A DNA stretch of 45,712 bases from the NCBI GenBank assembly GCA_964625015.1, contig CAZUZI010000003.1:854-46565 (forward strand), in the 5' to 3' direction. Under the pieces are notes generated by a model. The model searched no databases. It saw only the letters and a program-made list of their open reading frames with translations, and was not told the origin of the DNA. Position 1 is the first letter of the stretch, and every line of letters starts with the position of its first letter. Positions 32,098 to 41,197 of the stretch are shown piece by piece. The translations under genes and the position numbers were made by a program. This DNA is from an uncultured Candidatus Saccharibacteria bacterium (GTDB lineage Bacteria > Patescibacteriota > Dojkabacteria > SC72).

Positions 32098-33903
32098 TTA
32101 TTCTTTGGAAACCCTAAGCACCTCTTCTATACTTGTAATACCCTCAAGAGCTTTTAGGTATCCATCTTGAATCATTGTGATCATTCCATTCTTCTTCGCT
32201 TCATTTTCAATATCTTGTGCTGTAATATTCTCCATTACCATTCTACTTATCTTTTCATTTACATCTAAAACTTCAAATATACCGATACGACCAGAATATC
32301 CAGAACCACCACACCTATCACATCCAGCACCTTTATAAAGATATATTACTGGTTTTCCATCAGGACCTATCTCAGGTGCCTTAAGAACTCCTGATCCATC
32401 TTCAGCCTTCTGTTTTTTAGCAGCTACAACCCTATTCAAGTAGGATACCAGATCAAAATCCTTAATATTTGATAGTGTGGATTGTATATTATCAACTACT
32501 TCAGGTAGAGCAGGGTAAGGTTGTATACAGTATGGACAAACCTTTCTTGGTAATCTTTGTGCTGCAATTGCCCTTATAGTTGAAGCTAAAAGATACGGCT
32601 CGATACCCATATCTAGTAATCTTGGTATTGCTGCAGGTGCACTGTTTGTATGTAGCGTAGAGAGTACTAGGTGACCTGTAAGAGATGCTTGCACTGCAAG
32701 CTCTGCTGTTTCCTCATCTCTAATCTCTCCAACCATTACGATATCCGGATCCTGCCTAAGTACAGATCTTAAACCTACTGCAAATGTTAATCCTACATCT
32801 GCATTTATCTGTATCTGTGTTACACCTGGTACACGTATTTCGACAGGATTCTCTAATGAAATAATATTAACCTTTGGATCATTTACTTTAATTAATGAGC
32901 AAGCCAATGTTCTAGTCTTACCACTTCCAGTAGGTCCAGTTACAAGAACAATACCATTTGTTACTGTAAGTGCATCTAGATATATTTTGTATGCATTTCC
33001 TCTTAAACCTGTAGATTCTAATGTAATACCTGAGGTGTCAGATTCCAAAAGCCTCATAACAACTTTTTCTCCAAATATTGTCGGCATGACAGACACACGG
33101 ATATCAACCTTTGTGTTACTCATCTTTACTTGGAATCTTCCATCCTGTGGAATCCTTTTCTCATCAATTTTTAGATTAGACATAATCTTTATACGAGAAA
33201 CAACTGCAGGACCTAATGTTTTTGGAAGAGTAAGTCTTTCTGTCATAACACCATGTATTCTGAATCTAACCCTTAATCTGTTTTCCATAGGTTCGACATG
33301 AATGTCAGAACTCTTAGAAGTAATCGCATACTGCATTATCGAATTCACAATTCTTGCAACGGGAGCATTTTTTAAATCACTACTGCTAATCAAGCTAGGA
33401 TCCTCACCAGTAATATCCTGAACAGGAACATCGACATCTTCCAAAGCCTCTGTAACCTCAGTGCTCATAACATCACCAATCCTCCTATCAAGTATGTAGT
33501 TGATACTCTCTTCCGTAGTAATATATACCTCTATCTTTGTATTAGGAGGATATCTTCTTTGCAATGCCTGCGTAGCTTGTACATCGAATGGATCAAGCAT
33601 AGCTAGCTTTACTGAGTCGGTACCTCGCTCAAAGGGAACGACGTTGTACTTCTTTAAATTCTCTATTGGAATTTCCGCAATGATACTCTCATCTATCGTA
33701 ATAGCTGTTAAGTCAATATATGGAATCTTAAATATTGCAGATTTAGCTTGAGCTATTGTCAGGTTATCTGCCAACCCAAGTTCTCTAATCAATGCCTCTT
33801 CACTCTTAGGAGTTTTAGTTCTTTCAATCTGCACACGAGTTGCATCCTGCTGACTAATAACGCCACTCTGTTGTAGATATGCTAATAAGGTTGCTTGGGC
33901 CAC
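32098..33903 (-). CDS. pilB: Type IV pilus assembly ATPase PilB (GspE family)
   Basis: Walker A is GPTGSGKTRTL. Also present are PDIVMVGEIRD and GHLVLSTLHTN, plus a tetracysteine motif (CPYC...CDRCGGSGY). The start codon is GTG at 33903. Confidence 0.9.
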   Translation of the reverse strand: MAQATLLAYLQQSGVISQQDATRVQIERTKTPKSEEALIRELGLADNLTIAQAKSAIFKIPYIDLTAITIDESIIAEIPIENLKKYNVVPFERGTDSVKLAMLDPFDVQATQALQRRYPPNTKIEVYITTEESINYILDRRIGDVMSTEVTEALEDVDVPVQDITGEDPSLISSSDLKNAPVARIVNSIMQYAITSKSSDIHVEPMENRLRVRFRIHGVMTERLTLPKTLGPAVVSRIKIMSNLKIDEKRIPQDGRFQVKMSNTKVDIRVSVMPTIFGEKVVMRLLESDTSGITLESTGLRGNAYKIYLDALTVTNGIVLVTGPTGSGKTRTLACSLIKVNDPKVNIISLENPVEIRVPGVTQIQINADVGLTFAVGLRSVLRQDPDIVMVGEIRDEETAELAVQASLTGHLVLSTLHTNSAPAAIPRLLDMGIEPYLLASTIRAIAAQRLPRKVCPYCIQPYPALPEVVDNIQSTLSNIKDFDLVSYLNRVVAAKKQKAEDGSGVLKAPEIGPDGKPVIYLYKGAGCDRCGGSGYSGRIGIFEVLDVNEKISRMVMENITAQDIENEAKKNGMITMIQDGYLKALEGITSIEEVLRVSKE

Positions 33904-33978
33904 CTGGGCAGTTAAAGAATTTACTTGTTAATACAGTGTATATAAAGAGAGTAAAAAATACAAGAACATACACCGAAT

Positions 33979-35034
33979 CTACCTGTCAGAGTAGTATCGG
34001 ATCTTTCTGTATAGATCAAGAAGTTTGACAAAGAAATATCGACCCCTCTTAAGAGGGTAATCAGCTGTCCTTTGATATCGAACTAAATATCCACCAAAAC
34101 CTCTTTTGAAATTTGAATAGCCATATCTTTTACTTGTCGGTTTGTATTTCTCATCAGGAAGTACATCCCATGAATTAAAGTACTTGAATCCCTCTCTTTG
34201 ACCCTGTAGCATACACTCCCATCGAAGATACATAGAGCCTCGAATCTTTCGATGCACACCTGTTTGACAGCTATACAGACAGGAGACCTCATCTCCAAAA
34301 AAAGAGAGTACAAGCATTGCAACAGGCTCGTTCATATAAGAGACAATTGCAAGTCTCATCTCGTCATTCTCTCCTAAATATTTAAGCTGTTTTAGATAGT
34401 AATCAGAATTCTGTATAACAAATTCTTTTTGATCAGAGCTCTTGTTAAGATAGTGGGTGAAAAGCTTCCAATCCGGAAGTTCCTTTGAGAATCGAATTTG
34501 AACACCAGCTCTCTTTGCCTTACGAATATATGTAGGATAGTTTTTATTCATACCGTGCACCTCACACCAATTCATAAACTCTTCCTCTGTTTCACCTACC
34601 AAATCCATCATCCATGGTGTTTCTGGCTGTACATAGTTTACACATCTCTCAAAACCTATCGAAAAAGGTACAGTAGAGATACTCTCCTCCTCCTTTAATT
34701 CTGGATCTATTTTTACAAATATATATTCACTTTCAGAGAAGTAATCCTGAATATTTCTCAATACCTCTGAATACAGATCCCCATCGATCTCACTTAATAT
34801 TGGGCCTCTACTACAGTATACATATTTACCAAATGTCTGTTTTACTACATAGCATGCACATACTGCTAGTAATCTTTCTTCGTCAAAAAAACCTAATCTA
34901 TATGTTTTTCTTCCCAAACCAATCTCTTGAAACATACTCCAATTCCACGATTGCATGAAATTACAATTAGGACTCTTTTTAACAAACTCATCCCAAAGAA
35001 AAGAATCCTGTATTTCTGATATTTTTAATTTCAT
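33979..35034 (-). CDS. FemAB-family peptidoglycan peptide-bridge aminoacyltransferase
   Basis: It has the N-terminal FMQSWNW motif. Its size and paired GNAT-like halves are typical of FemX/FemAB. GAGGAG lies upstream of the ATG. Confidence 0.6.
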   Translation of the reverse strand: MKLKISEIQDSFLWDEFVKKSPNCNFMQSWNWSMFQEIGLGRKTYRLGFFDEERLLAVCACYVVKQTFGKYVYCSRGPILSEIDGDLYSEVLRNIQDYFSESEYIFVKIDPELKEEESISTVPFSIGFERCVNYVQPETPWMMDLVGETEEEFMNWCEVHGMNKNYPTYIRKAKRAGVQIRFSKELPDWKLFTHYLNKSSDQKEFVIQNSDYYLKQLKYLGENDEMRLAIVSYMNEPVAMLVLSFFGDEVSCLYSCQTGVHRKIRGSMYLRWECMLQGQREGFKYFNSWDVLPDEKYKPTSKRYGYSNFKRGFGGYLVRYQRTADYPLKRGRYFFVKLLDLYRKIRYYSDR

Positions 35035-35057
35035 ACTCCTCTTTCTTAAATATATAT

Positions 35058-35759
35058 ATGATACAATTTATCACAATGACATATCTGATTGTAGGAAACA
35101 AAAAAGAAAATATCCAGAGCATATTAAGAACCCTTCTAACAAAGCTGTGGGAAAGAGATATTAATACTGAAGATATTTTTAATACAAACAATCCAGATAT
35201 ACACATACTTAACGGATCTGATATGGGTAGCATTGGTATAGAGGAGGTAAAAATTTTACAGAAAGAAATGATGTTTTCACCATTTAAAGAGAAAGTTCAA
35301 ATTGCATATATTCTTGATGCCGAGAAATTAACGACACAAGCACAGAATTCGTTGCTAAAAACACTTGAAGAGACATCAGAGAGCACCGTATATATACTTG
35401 TTACAGATAACGAGAAGACTCTTTTACCAACTGTCCTATCAAGATGCCTCAAGCTATATACCAATGTAAATGATACAGAAGAGAAAAAAAATACATACCC
35501 TGAAATTTTAGATTCAAGTCTTGTAGACTCTTTCCAAAGGATTGAAAACATATCCAAGGAGAAGGTTGATACAGAAAGGTTTTTGAGCGATTTGGAGCTA
35601 TATTTTCAGCAAGATTTTGAGAGGAAATTGATAGATGGAAATGGTATAATGGGTGTGGAGAGGAATTTAAAAGAGATTGCATTAGCTCAAAAAAGAGTTA
35701 AAGCGAATGGAAATAGAAGGCTAATACTAGAGAATCTCCTCTTACATCTGGTAAAGTAA
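35058..35759 (+). CDS. holB: DNA polymerase III delta-prime subunit (short form)
   Basis: Motifs seen are AQNSLLKTLEE and LLPTVLSRC (sensor/SRC motif). It is 233 aa. An alternative start lies at 35076 (MTYLIVGN). Confidence 0.65.
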   Translation: MIQFITMTYLIVGNKKENIQSILRTLLTKLWERDINTEDIFNTNNPDIHILNGSDMGSIGIEEVKILQKEMMFSPFKEKVQIAYILDAEKLTTQAQNSLLKTLEETSESTVYILVTDNEKTLLPTVLSRCLKLYTNVNDTEEKKNTYPEILDSSLVDSFQRIENISKEKVDTERFLSDLELYFQQDFERKLIDGNGIMGVERNLKEIALAQKRVKANGNRRLILENLLLHLVK

Positions 35760-35760
35760 A

Positions 35761-35788
35761 TTTACCTCTTAACATTTCGCCCTATAAT
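35761..35788 (+). promoter_or_regulatory. Putative promoter (TTTACC-16-TATAAT) upstream of gyrB
   Basis: Hexamers read directly from the sequence. Confidence 0.3.
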
Positions 35789-35852
35789 ATATAGAATAGG
35801 ACTGCGATAGTTTAAGAAATGCATTGAACAGTAATTTGATAGAAAGAGAATA

Positions 35853-37766
35853 ATGACTACAAAGAGTGATTACCAGGCATCAAATATACAAGTACTACAA
35901 GGCTTGGAAGCAATAAGAAAGAGACCTGCAATGTACATTGGGTCTACGGATAAGAATGGGTTACATCATATCTTTACAGAAATACTTGATAACTCCGTTG
36001 ATGAAGCAATAGGAGGATATTGTGACCATATTTGGGTAACATTACACAAAGATGGTTCTCTTTCAGTTAAAGATAATGGTAGAGGAATTCCTGTAGAAGT
36101 ACATGCACAAACAAAGGTGTCAACTCTTGAGACTGTTATGACAAACCTTCACGCGGGAGGTAAGTTTGAAGAGGGTGCATACAAAGTTTCTGGAGGTCTT
36201 CACGGTGTTGGTATGAAGTGTACCAATGCTCTTTCAGAATGGATGATAACTACAGTTAGAAGAGATGGTGGAGTATTTAAACAGGAATACAAGAGAGGTA
36301 TTCCACAAACAAAGGTTGAAAAGATCGGTAATTCAAATGAGACAGGTACAGAACATAGGTTCTTACCTGACGATGAAATCTTTTCGGAAACAGAATTTGA
36401 TTTTAAAGAAATTGTTAGAAAGTGTAGACAGCATGCATATTTAACTGCAGGATTGCGTATTACAGTTAAAAACGAAAAGGTAGAGAAGAACCCTAAGTTT
36501 TTTGAATTGTACTTTGAAGATGGTATTAAATCATATGTTCTCTTTATGAACATTGATGAGAAGGCTGTTAATACTCCTCCTTTCTATGTGAACAAAGAGG
36601 TCGATGGTGTACTCGTAGAATCTGCAATTCAATACACCAACGCAATGGATGAAAATGTAAAGTGCTATACAAACAACATTATAAATCCAGAGGGTGGTAC
36701 ACATCTTTCAGGTTTCAGAACAGCTCTTACAAGTGCTATTAATACATATGCACAGAAGATGGAGATGCTAAAAGGGTTAACTACAACTCTTAGTGGTGAT
36801 GATGTGAGAGAAGGACTGACAGCAGTAATTTCCGTTAAAGTTACAAATCCACAGTTTGAAGGTCAAACAAAAATAAAGTTGAATAACCCTGAGGTAAAGA
36901 ATGCAGTAGCAAAGGTTATTAGAGATGAGTTACTTGTGTACTTTGAAGAACATCCAAAAGAGGCCAAATCGATAATAGATAAGGCAGTTCTCTCATACAA
37001 AGCAAAAGCTGCTGCGAAAGCGGCTCGTGATGCTGTAATTAGGAAGAGTGCTCTAGAAAGTACTGCATTACCGGGAAAGCTAGCAGATTGTATAAGTAGT
37101 CAACCTTCCGAGTGTGAACTATACATTGTAGAGGGTGACTCGGCAGGTGGAAGTGCAAAGCAGGCAAGAGATAGACATACACAAGCTATTCTCCCTATTA
37201 GAGGTAAGATCATTAATACCCATAAGTATAGAGTCGATAGGGTATTAACAAATAATGAGTTTAAAGATATAACAACAGCGTTAGGTGTTGGTATTGGAGA
37301 TTCCCTAGATGTTTCTAAACTAAGATACCACAAAACAATAATCATGAGTGATGCAGATGTTGACGGTCTACACATCACTACACTTGTACTAACTCTTCTA
37401 TACAGATTCTTTAGACCTTTAATAGAGAATGGGTATGTATATGTAGCTCAGCCACCTCTACATAAAGTAGAGATTGGTAAAAAGAAATACTATTTCCTAA
37501 ATGATGATGAGAAGGATGTATTTGTTAGAAAAGCCAAAGCTGCTGGCAAAGTACCTGTTGCAAATAGGTTCAAAGGTTTAGGTGAGATGAATCCTGAACA
37601 GTTATGGGAAACAACAATGAACCCAGAGAATAGGGCATTAAAGAGAGTAAGTATTGAAGATGCAGAGGAAGCTGAAAAGGTATTTGAAATGCTAATGGGT
37701 ACAGAGGTTCCACCTAGAAGAAGATTTATACAGAAATATGCAAAGAGGGCGAATTTAGATATTTAA
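35853..37766 (+). CDS. gyrB: DNA gyrase subunit B
   Basis: Motifs seen are YQASNIQVLQGLEAIRKRPAMYIGST, GLHH...EILDNSVDEA, and the Toprim EL(Y)IVEGDSAGG and IMSDADVDGLHI. The C-terminal RFKGLGEMNPEQLWETTM is also present. Confidence 0.97.
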   Translation: MTTKSDYQASNIQVLQGLEAIRKRPAMYIGSTDKNGLHHIFTEILDNSVDEAIGGYCDHIWVTLHKDGSLSVKDNGRGIPVEVHAQTKVSTLETVMTNLHAGGKFEEGAYKVSGGLHGVGMKCTNALSEWMITTVRRDGGVFKQEYKRGIPQTKVEKIGNSNETGTEHRFLPDDEIFSETEFDFKEIVRKCRQHAYLTAGLRITVKNEKVEKNPKFFELYFEDGIKSYVLFMNIDEKAVNTPPFYVNKEVDGVLVESAIQYTNAMDENVKCYTNNIINPEGGTHLSGFRTALTSAINTYAQKMEMLKGLTTTLSGDDVREGLTAVISVKVTNPQFEGQTKIKLNNPEVKNAVAKVIRDELLVYFEEHPKEAKSIIDKAVLSYKAKAAAKAARDAVIRKSALESTALPGKLADCISSQPSECELYIVEGDSAGGSAKQARDRHTQAILPIRGKIINTHKYRVDRVLTNNEFKDITTALGVGIGDSLDVSKLRYHKTIIMSDADVDGLHITTLVLTLLYRFFRPLIENGYVYVAQPPLHKVEIGKKKYYFLNDDEKDVFVRKAKAAGKVPVANRFKGLGEMNPEQLWETTMNPENRALKRVSIEDAEEAEKVFEMLMGTEVPPRRRFIQKYAKRANLDI

Positions 37767-37784
37767 CTTTTTATCTTTTTAAAT

Positions 37785-38189
37785 ATGGAACAAATGTTAA
37801 GTGGTATGAAATATTTAAATGATAGTGATGAAATGATTAAGCTTATTATAAAGAGAACTGCTGAGAAGAGAACTATTAATAGCGGAAGAATACTTACATT
37901 ACTTGAGAACGATCAGAACCAGGACTTGTACAATATAGTAAACGAACAAATAGTAACTGTAAATGGTGCAAGACTATCAATTAAAGATCTCAAAACATAC
38001 TTAGAGTTAAGTATACATGATGCAGATGGACAGGCACAGGCACCAATTGGTATAAGTACTGATCCTGATGATCCTACAACACAAGTTGTTTCTCAGGAGA
38101 CATACGATGGCTTAAAAGATCTTGCAATTAGCCCATTCAATGCAGAGCAAGAAGCTAAGGCAGAATTAGATAAAAGGAAGATTTACTAA
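37785..38189 (+). CDS. Hypothetical protein between gyrB and gyrA
   Basis: A 134-codon open frame in an AT-rich context fills the gyrB-gyrA gap with 18-nt spacers on each side. I recognise no motif. Confidence 0.5.
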   Translation: MEQMLSGMKYLNDSDEMIKLIIKRTAEKRTINSGRILTLLENDQNQDLYNIVNEQIVTVNGARLSIKDLKTYLELSIHDADGQAQAPIGISTDPDDPTTQVVSQETYDGLKDLAISPFNAEQEAKAELDKRKIY

Positions 38190-38207
38190 TATAAATACTA
38201 GATATTC

Positions 38208-41018
38208 ATGGCAGACGAGAAAGATTTAATAAAGAAAACAGAAGAGAATATTGAAACAGAAAATACAGATTCTTCAATAGATAATTCTGTATTACAAGAA
38301 GAAAGTGACCTAGATTTTAAATCATCCTTTGAGCCTGGAGAAATATCACAAAGATCAATTGTAGATGAAATGAAATCTAACTATCTTGATTACTCTATGT
38401 CTGTCATCGTAGCACGTGCACTTCCAGAGGTTAAAGATGGACTTAAACCATCACAAAGAAGGATTCTTGTTGCAATGAATGATCTTTCTCTTTCTCCTTC
38501 ATCACATTACAGAAAATGTGCAAAGATTGCAGGTGATACATCAGGTAACTATCACCCTCATGGTGAAACTGTTGTATATCCTACACTTGTAAAATTAGCG
38601 CAAGAATTTTCAACTAGATATCCATTAATAGATGGACAGGGTAACTTCGGTAGTATTGATGGAGACCCTCCTGCAGCAATGAGATACACAGAGGCAAGGA
38701 TGGGGAAGATTACTCCTGAACTTCTTAAAGATTTAAACAAGGGTACTGTTACATTCTTACCAAACTATGATGGAACTAGATTAGAACCAACAGTATTACC
38801 TGCACTTTTCCCAAATTTACTTGCAAATGGTACTCAGGGTATTGCAGTTGGTATGGCTACTCAGATTCCTCCTCATAATATTGGAGAACTTGTAGATGCA
38901 CTTCAAGAGATGATTAAGAGAAAGAACATGTGGGAAGGTGTTGCGATATACAATGAATTAAGAAAATCAAAAGAATCTAGAGAGTTAGTACCACAGGTAC
39001 TGAACTCAAAACCAGAAGAATATCTTGAAAACTATGTAAATACAAATGAATTAGATTACGCAAAGGAGATAGCAAAGATAACTGAAAGAATTAAGGAAAG
39101 TGGAGAATCAATATACCCAGAGTTTAAGTCAGATATATCACCAGAGGAGCTAATCAAGATTATACCTGGTCCAGATTTCCCAACAGGTGGAACAATATAT
39201 GACAGAGATGAGATATTAAATGCATACGCAACTGGTAGAGGAAAGATATTACAGAGAGCTCAAGCCTCTATTGTAGAAACACATAATGGTAAATTCCAGA
39301 TTGTTATTACTGAAATACCATACCAGGTTAACAAAGCATATATGATTGAAAAGATTGCAGAATTAGTAAGAGATAAAAAAATTACTGGTATTGCAAATCT
39401 TAGAGATGAATCAAACAAAGATGGTATTAGAGTTGTAATAATACTTAAGAAAGATGCACAGCCTAAAACAGTTTTAAACAAACTGTATAAATATACAGAG
39501 ATGCAGAAAACATTTAATGCAAATATGATTGCATTAGTAGAGCAAGAACCAGTAACTCTTTCTCTCAAGAGAATGTTAGAGCTATTCCTTTCATTCAGAT
39601 TAGTAATAACTATACGAAGATACGAATTTGACTTAGCAGAGGCTAGATATCATGCACATATTTTAGAAGGCTTACTTAAGGCATTAGATGTTCTTGATGA
39701 GGTAATTGCAACTATCCGTGGATCAAAGACCCAAGAGACCGCAAAGACAAACCTTATGGATAAGTTTAAATTTACAGATGTTCAAGCTCAAGCAATATTA
39801 GATATGCAACTTAGGAGATTGGCAGCACTTGAGAGAATGAAATTACAGAATGATTACAAAGAAACAAAAGAAAAGATAGAGGAATACAACGGTATATTAG
39901 ATAGCCAAGATAAAGTATTGGAAATCATTAGTAAGGATTTAGCGGATATTAAAGAAAGATATGGAGATAAAAGGAGAACAAAGGTTGTAAAGGGAAAGAT
40001 AGATGAGATATCAGAAGAAGATCTGGTTGCAAATGAGGAGACATTAATAACAATCACACACTCTGGATATGTTAAGAGAGTACCACCATCCACATATCAG
40101 ACACAGAATAGGGGAGGAAAAGGTGTTTCTGGTGGAGAAACAAAAGAGGGTGATTTCATTGAGCATGTGCTTCTATGCAATACCCATGATGAGCTTCTAC
40201 TTTTCACAAACAAGGGAAGAGTATTCATAACTCGTATATTTGAAATACCTGAGTATGGAAGAACTGCAAAGGGTATTCCATTTATTAACCTTGTACATCT
40301 AGATCAGAACGAAACAATTACCTCTATATTAACCAGAGACCATAAAGGTGGAGTGATGGGTTCTGAAGAAATTCAAGAAGGTCAAGACGATCAAATGATT
40401 GTAGATAAGAAAGATTTCAAATTCTTCATGATGGTCACAAAGAATGGTGTTGTAAAGAAAACAGATTTAGAACAGTTTAGTAAAATTAGAGCAAATGGTC
40501 TAACCGCTATTAAATTGGACCCTACGGATGAATTAATATGGGTCAAACCTACAACAGGAGAGAACGAGGTAATACTTGTTACCGCAGATGGTAAATCTAT
40601 TAGATTTGGTGAAAAGGATGTAAGACCGATGGGTAGAAGTACAAGAGGCGTTACAGCAATGAAGTTCAAATCTGAAACAGATCATATTGTTGGTATGGGT
40701 ATTGTTAGAACAAATGAGAATAGATTGTTCACACTCTCTGAAAGAGGATTTGGGAAAATGACAGAACTAAAAGAGTATCCAAAACATAAGAGGGGAGGTA
40801 CTGGTATATTCACATTCAGAGTTACTTCAAAGACTGGTAAAGTTGCAGTAGCTAGGGTACTTGATCATCCTAAAGCAGAGATTGTTGTAATCAGTGAAAA
40901 ATCAAAAGTAATAAGGTCATCAATAGATTCAATTCCAACTCTCACAAGACAAACAAGTGGCGTAAAAGTTATGAAGATAAGTGATGATGACAGGGTTGCT
41001 ACAATGGCAATTTTGTAA
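38208..41018 (+). CDS. gyrA: DNA gyrase subunit A
   Basis: Motifs seen are YLDYSMSVIVARALPEVKDGLKPSQRRIL, HPHGE, AAMRYTEARM (catalytic Tyr) and PGPDFPTGG. It also has the GyrA-box-like QNRGGKG and beta-pinwheel repeats. Confidence 0.97.
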   Translation: MADEKDLIKKTEENIETENTDSSIDNSVLQEESDLDFKSSFEPGEISQRSIVDEMKSNYLDYSMSVIVARALPEVKDGLKPSQRRILVAMNDLSLSPSSHYRKCAKIAGDTSGNYHPHGETVVYPTLVKLAQEFSTRYPLIDGQGNFGSIDGDPPAAMRYTEARMGKITPELLKDLNKGTVTFLPNYDGTRLEPTVLPALFPNLLANGTQGIAVGMATQIPPHNIGELVDALQEMIKRKNMWEGVAIYNELRKSKESRELVPQVLNSKPEEYLENYVNTNELDYAKEIAKITERIKESGESIYPEFKSDISPEELIKIIPGPDFPTGGTIYDRDEILNAYATGRGKILQRAQASIVETHNGKFQIVITEIPYQVNKAYMIEKIAELVRDKKITGIANLRDESNKDGIRVVIILKKDAQPKTVLNKLYKYTEMQKTFNANMIALVEQEPVTLSLKRMLELFLSFRLVITIRRYEFDLAEARYHAHILEGLLKALDVLDEVIATIRGSKTQETAKTNLMDKFKFTDVQAQAILDMQLRRLAALERMKLQNDYKETKEKIEEYNGILDSQDKVLEIISKDLADIKERYGDKRRTKVVKGKIDEISEEDLVANEETLITITHSGYVKRVPPSTYQTQNRGGKGVSGGETKEGDFIEHVLLCNTHDELLLFTNKGRVFITRIFEIPEYGRTAKGIPFINLVHLDQNETITSILTRDHKGGVMGSEEIQEGQDDQMIVDKKDFKFFMMVTKNGVVKKTDLEQFSKIRANGLTAIKLDPTDELIWVKPTTGENEVILVTADGKSIRFGEKDVRPMGRSTRGVTAMKFKSETDHIVGMGIVRTNENRLFTLSERGFGKMTELKEYPKHKRGGTGIFTFRVTSKTGKVAVARVLDHPKAEIVVISEKSKVIRSSIDSIPTLTRQTSGVKVMKISDDDRVATMAIL

Positions 41019-41022
41019 AGAA

Positions 41023-41051
41023 TTGACACGATGGAGATCAATAATTAGAAT
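41023..41051 (+). promoter_or_regulatory. Putative promoter (TTGACA-17-TAGAAT) immediately after gyrA
   Basis: It has a consensus -35 element and a 17-nt spacer. The -10 element ends 15 nt before the ATG at 41067. Confidence 0.45.
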
Positions 41052-41197
41052 TATTAATAATTTCTAATGACAAAACAATCGAAATAGTACCAGCGAATAG
41101 CAATCATATAGAATATATTAGTCGTAAACTTGCAGATTCATTTACTCAGGCAAACACCCACTTCGGATATTCAAAATACAAGGATGATTACGAATTA

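Noticed and set aside
33904-33978. I looked for a promoter for the pilus operon in the 75-nt femAB-pilB spacer.
   Set aside because: Only weak candidates exist, for example TTTACT-16-TATTAA on the minus strand. Many equally good AT-rich hexamer pairs occur by chance, and pilB may be co-transcribed with the upstream femAB-like gene. I cannot support a call from sequence alone.
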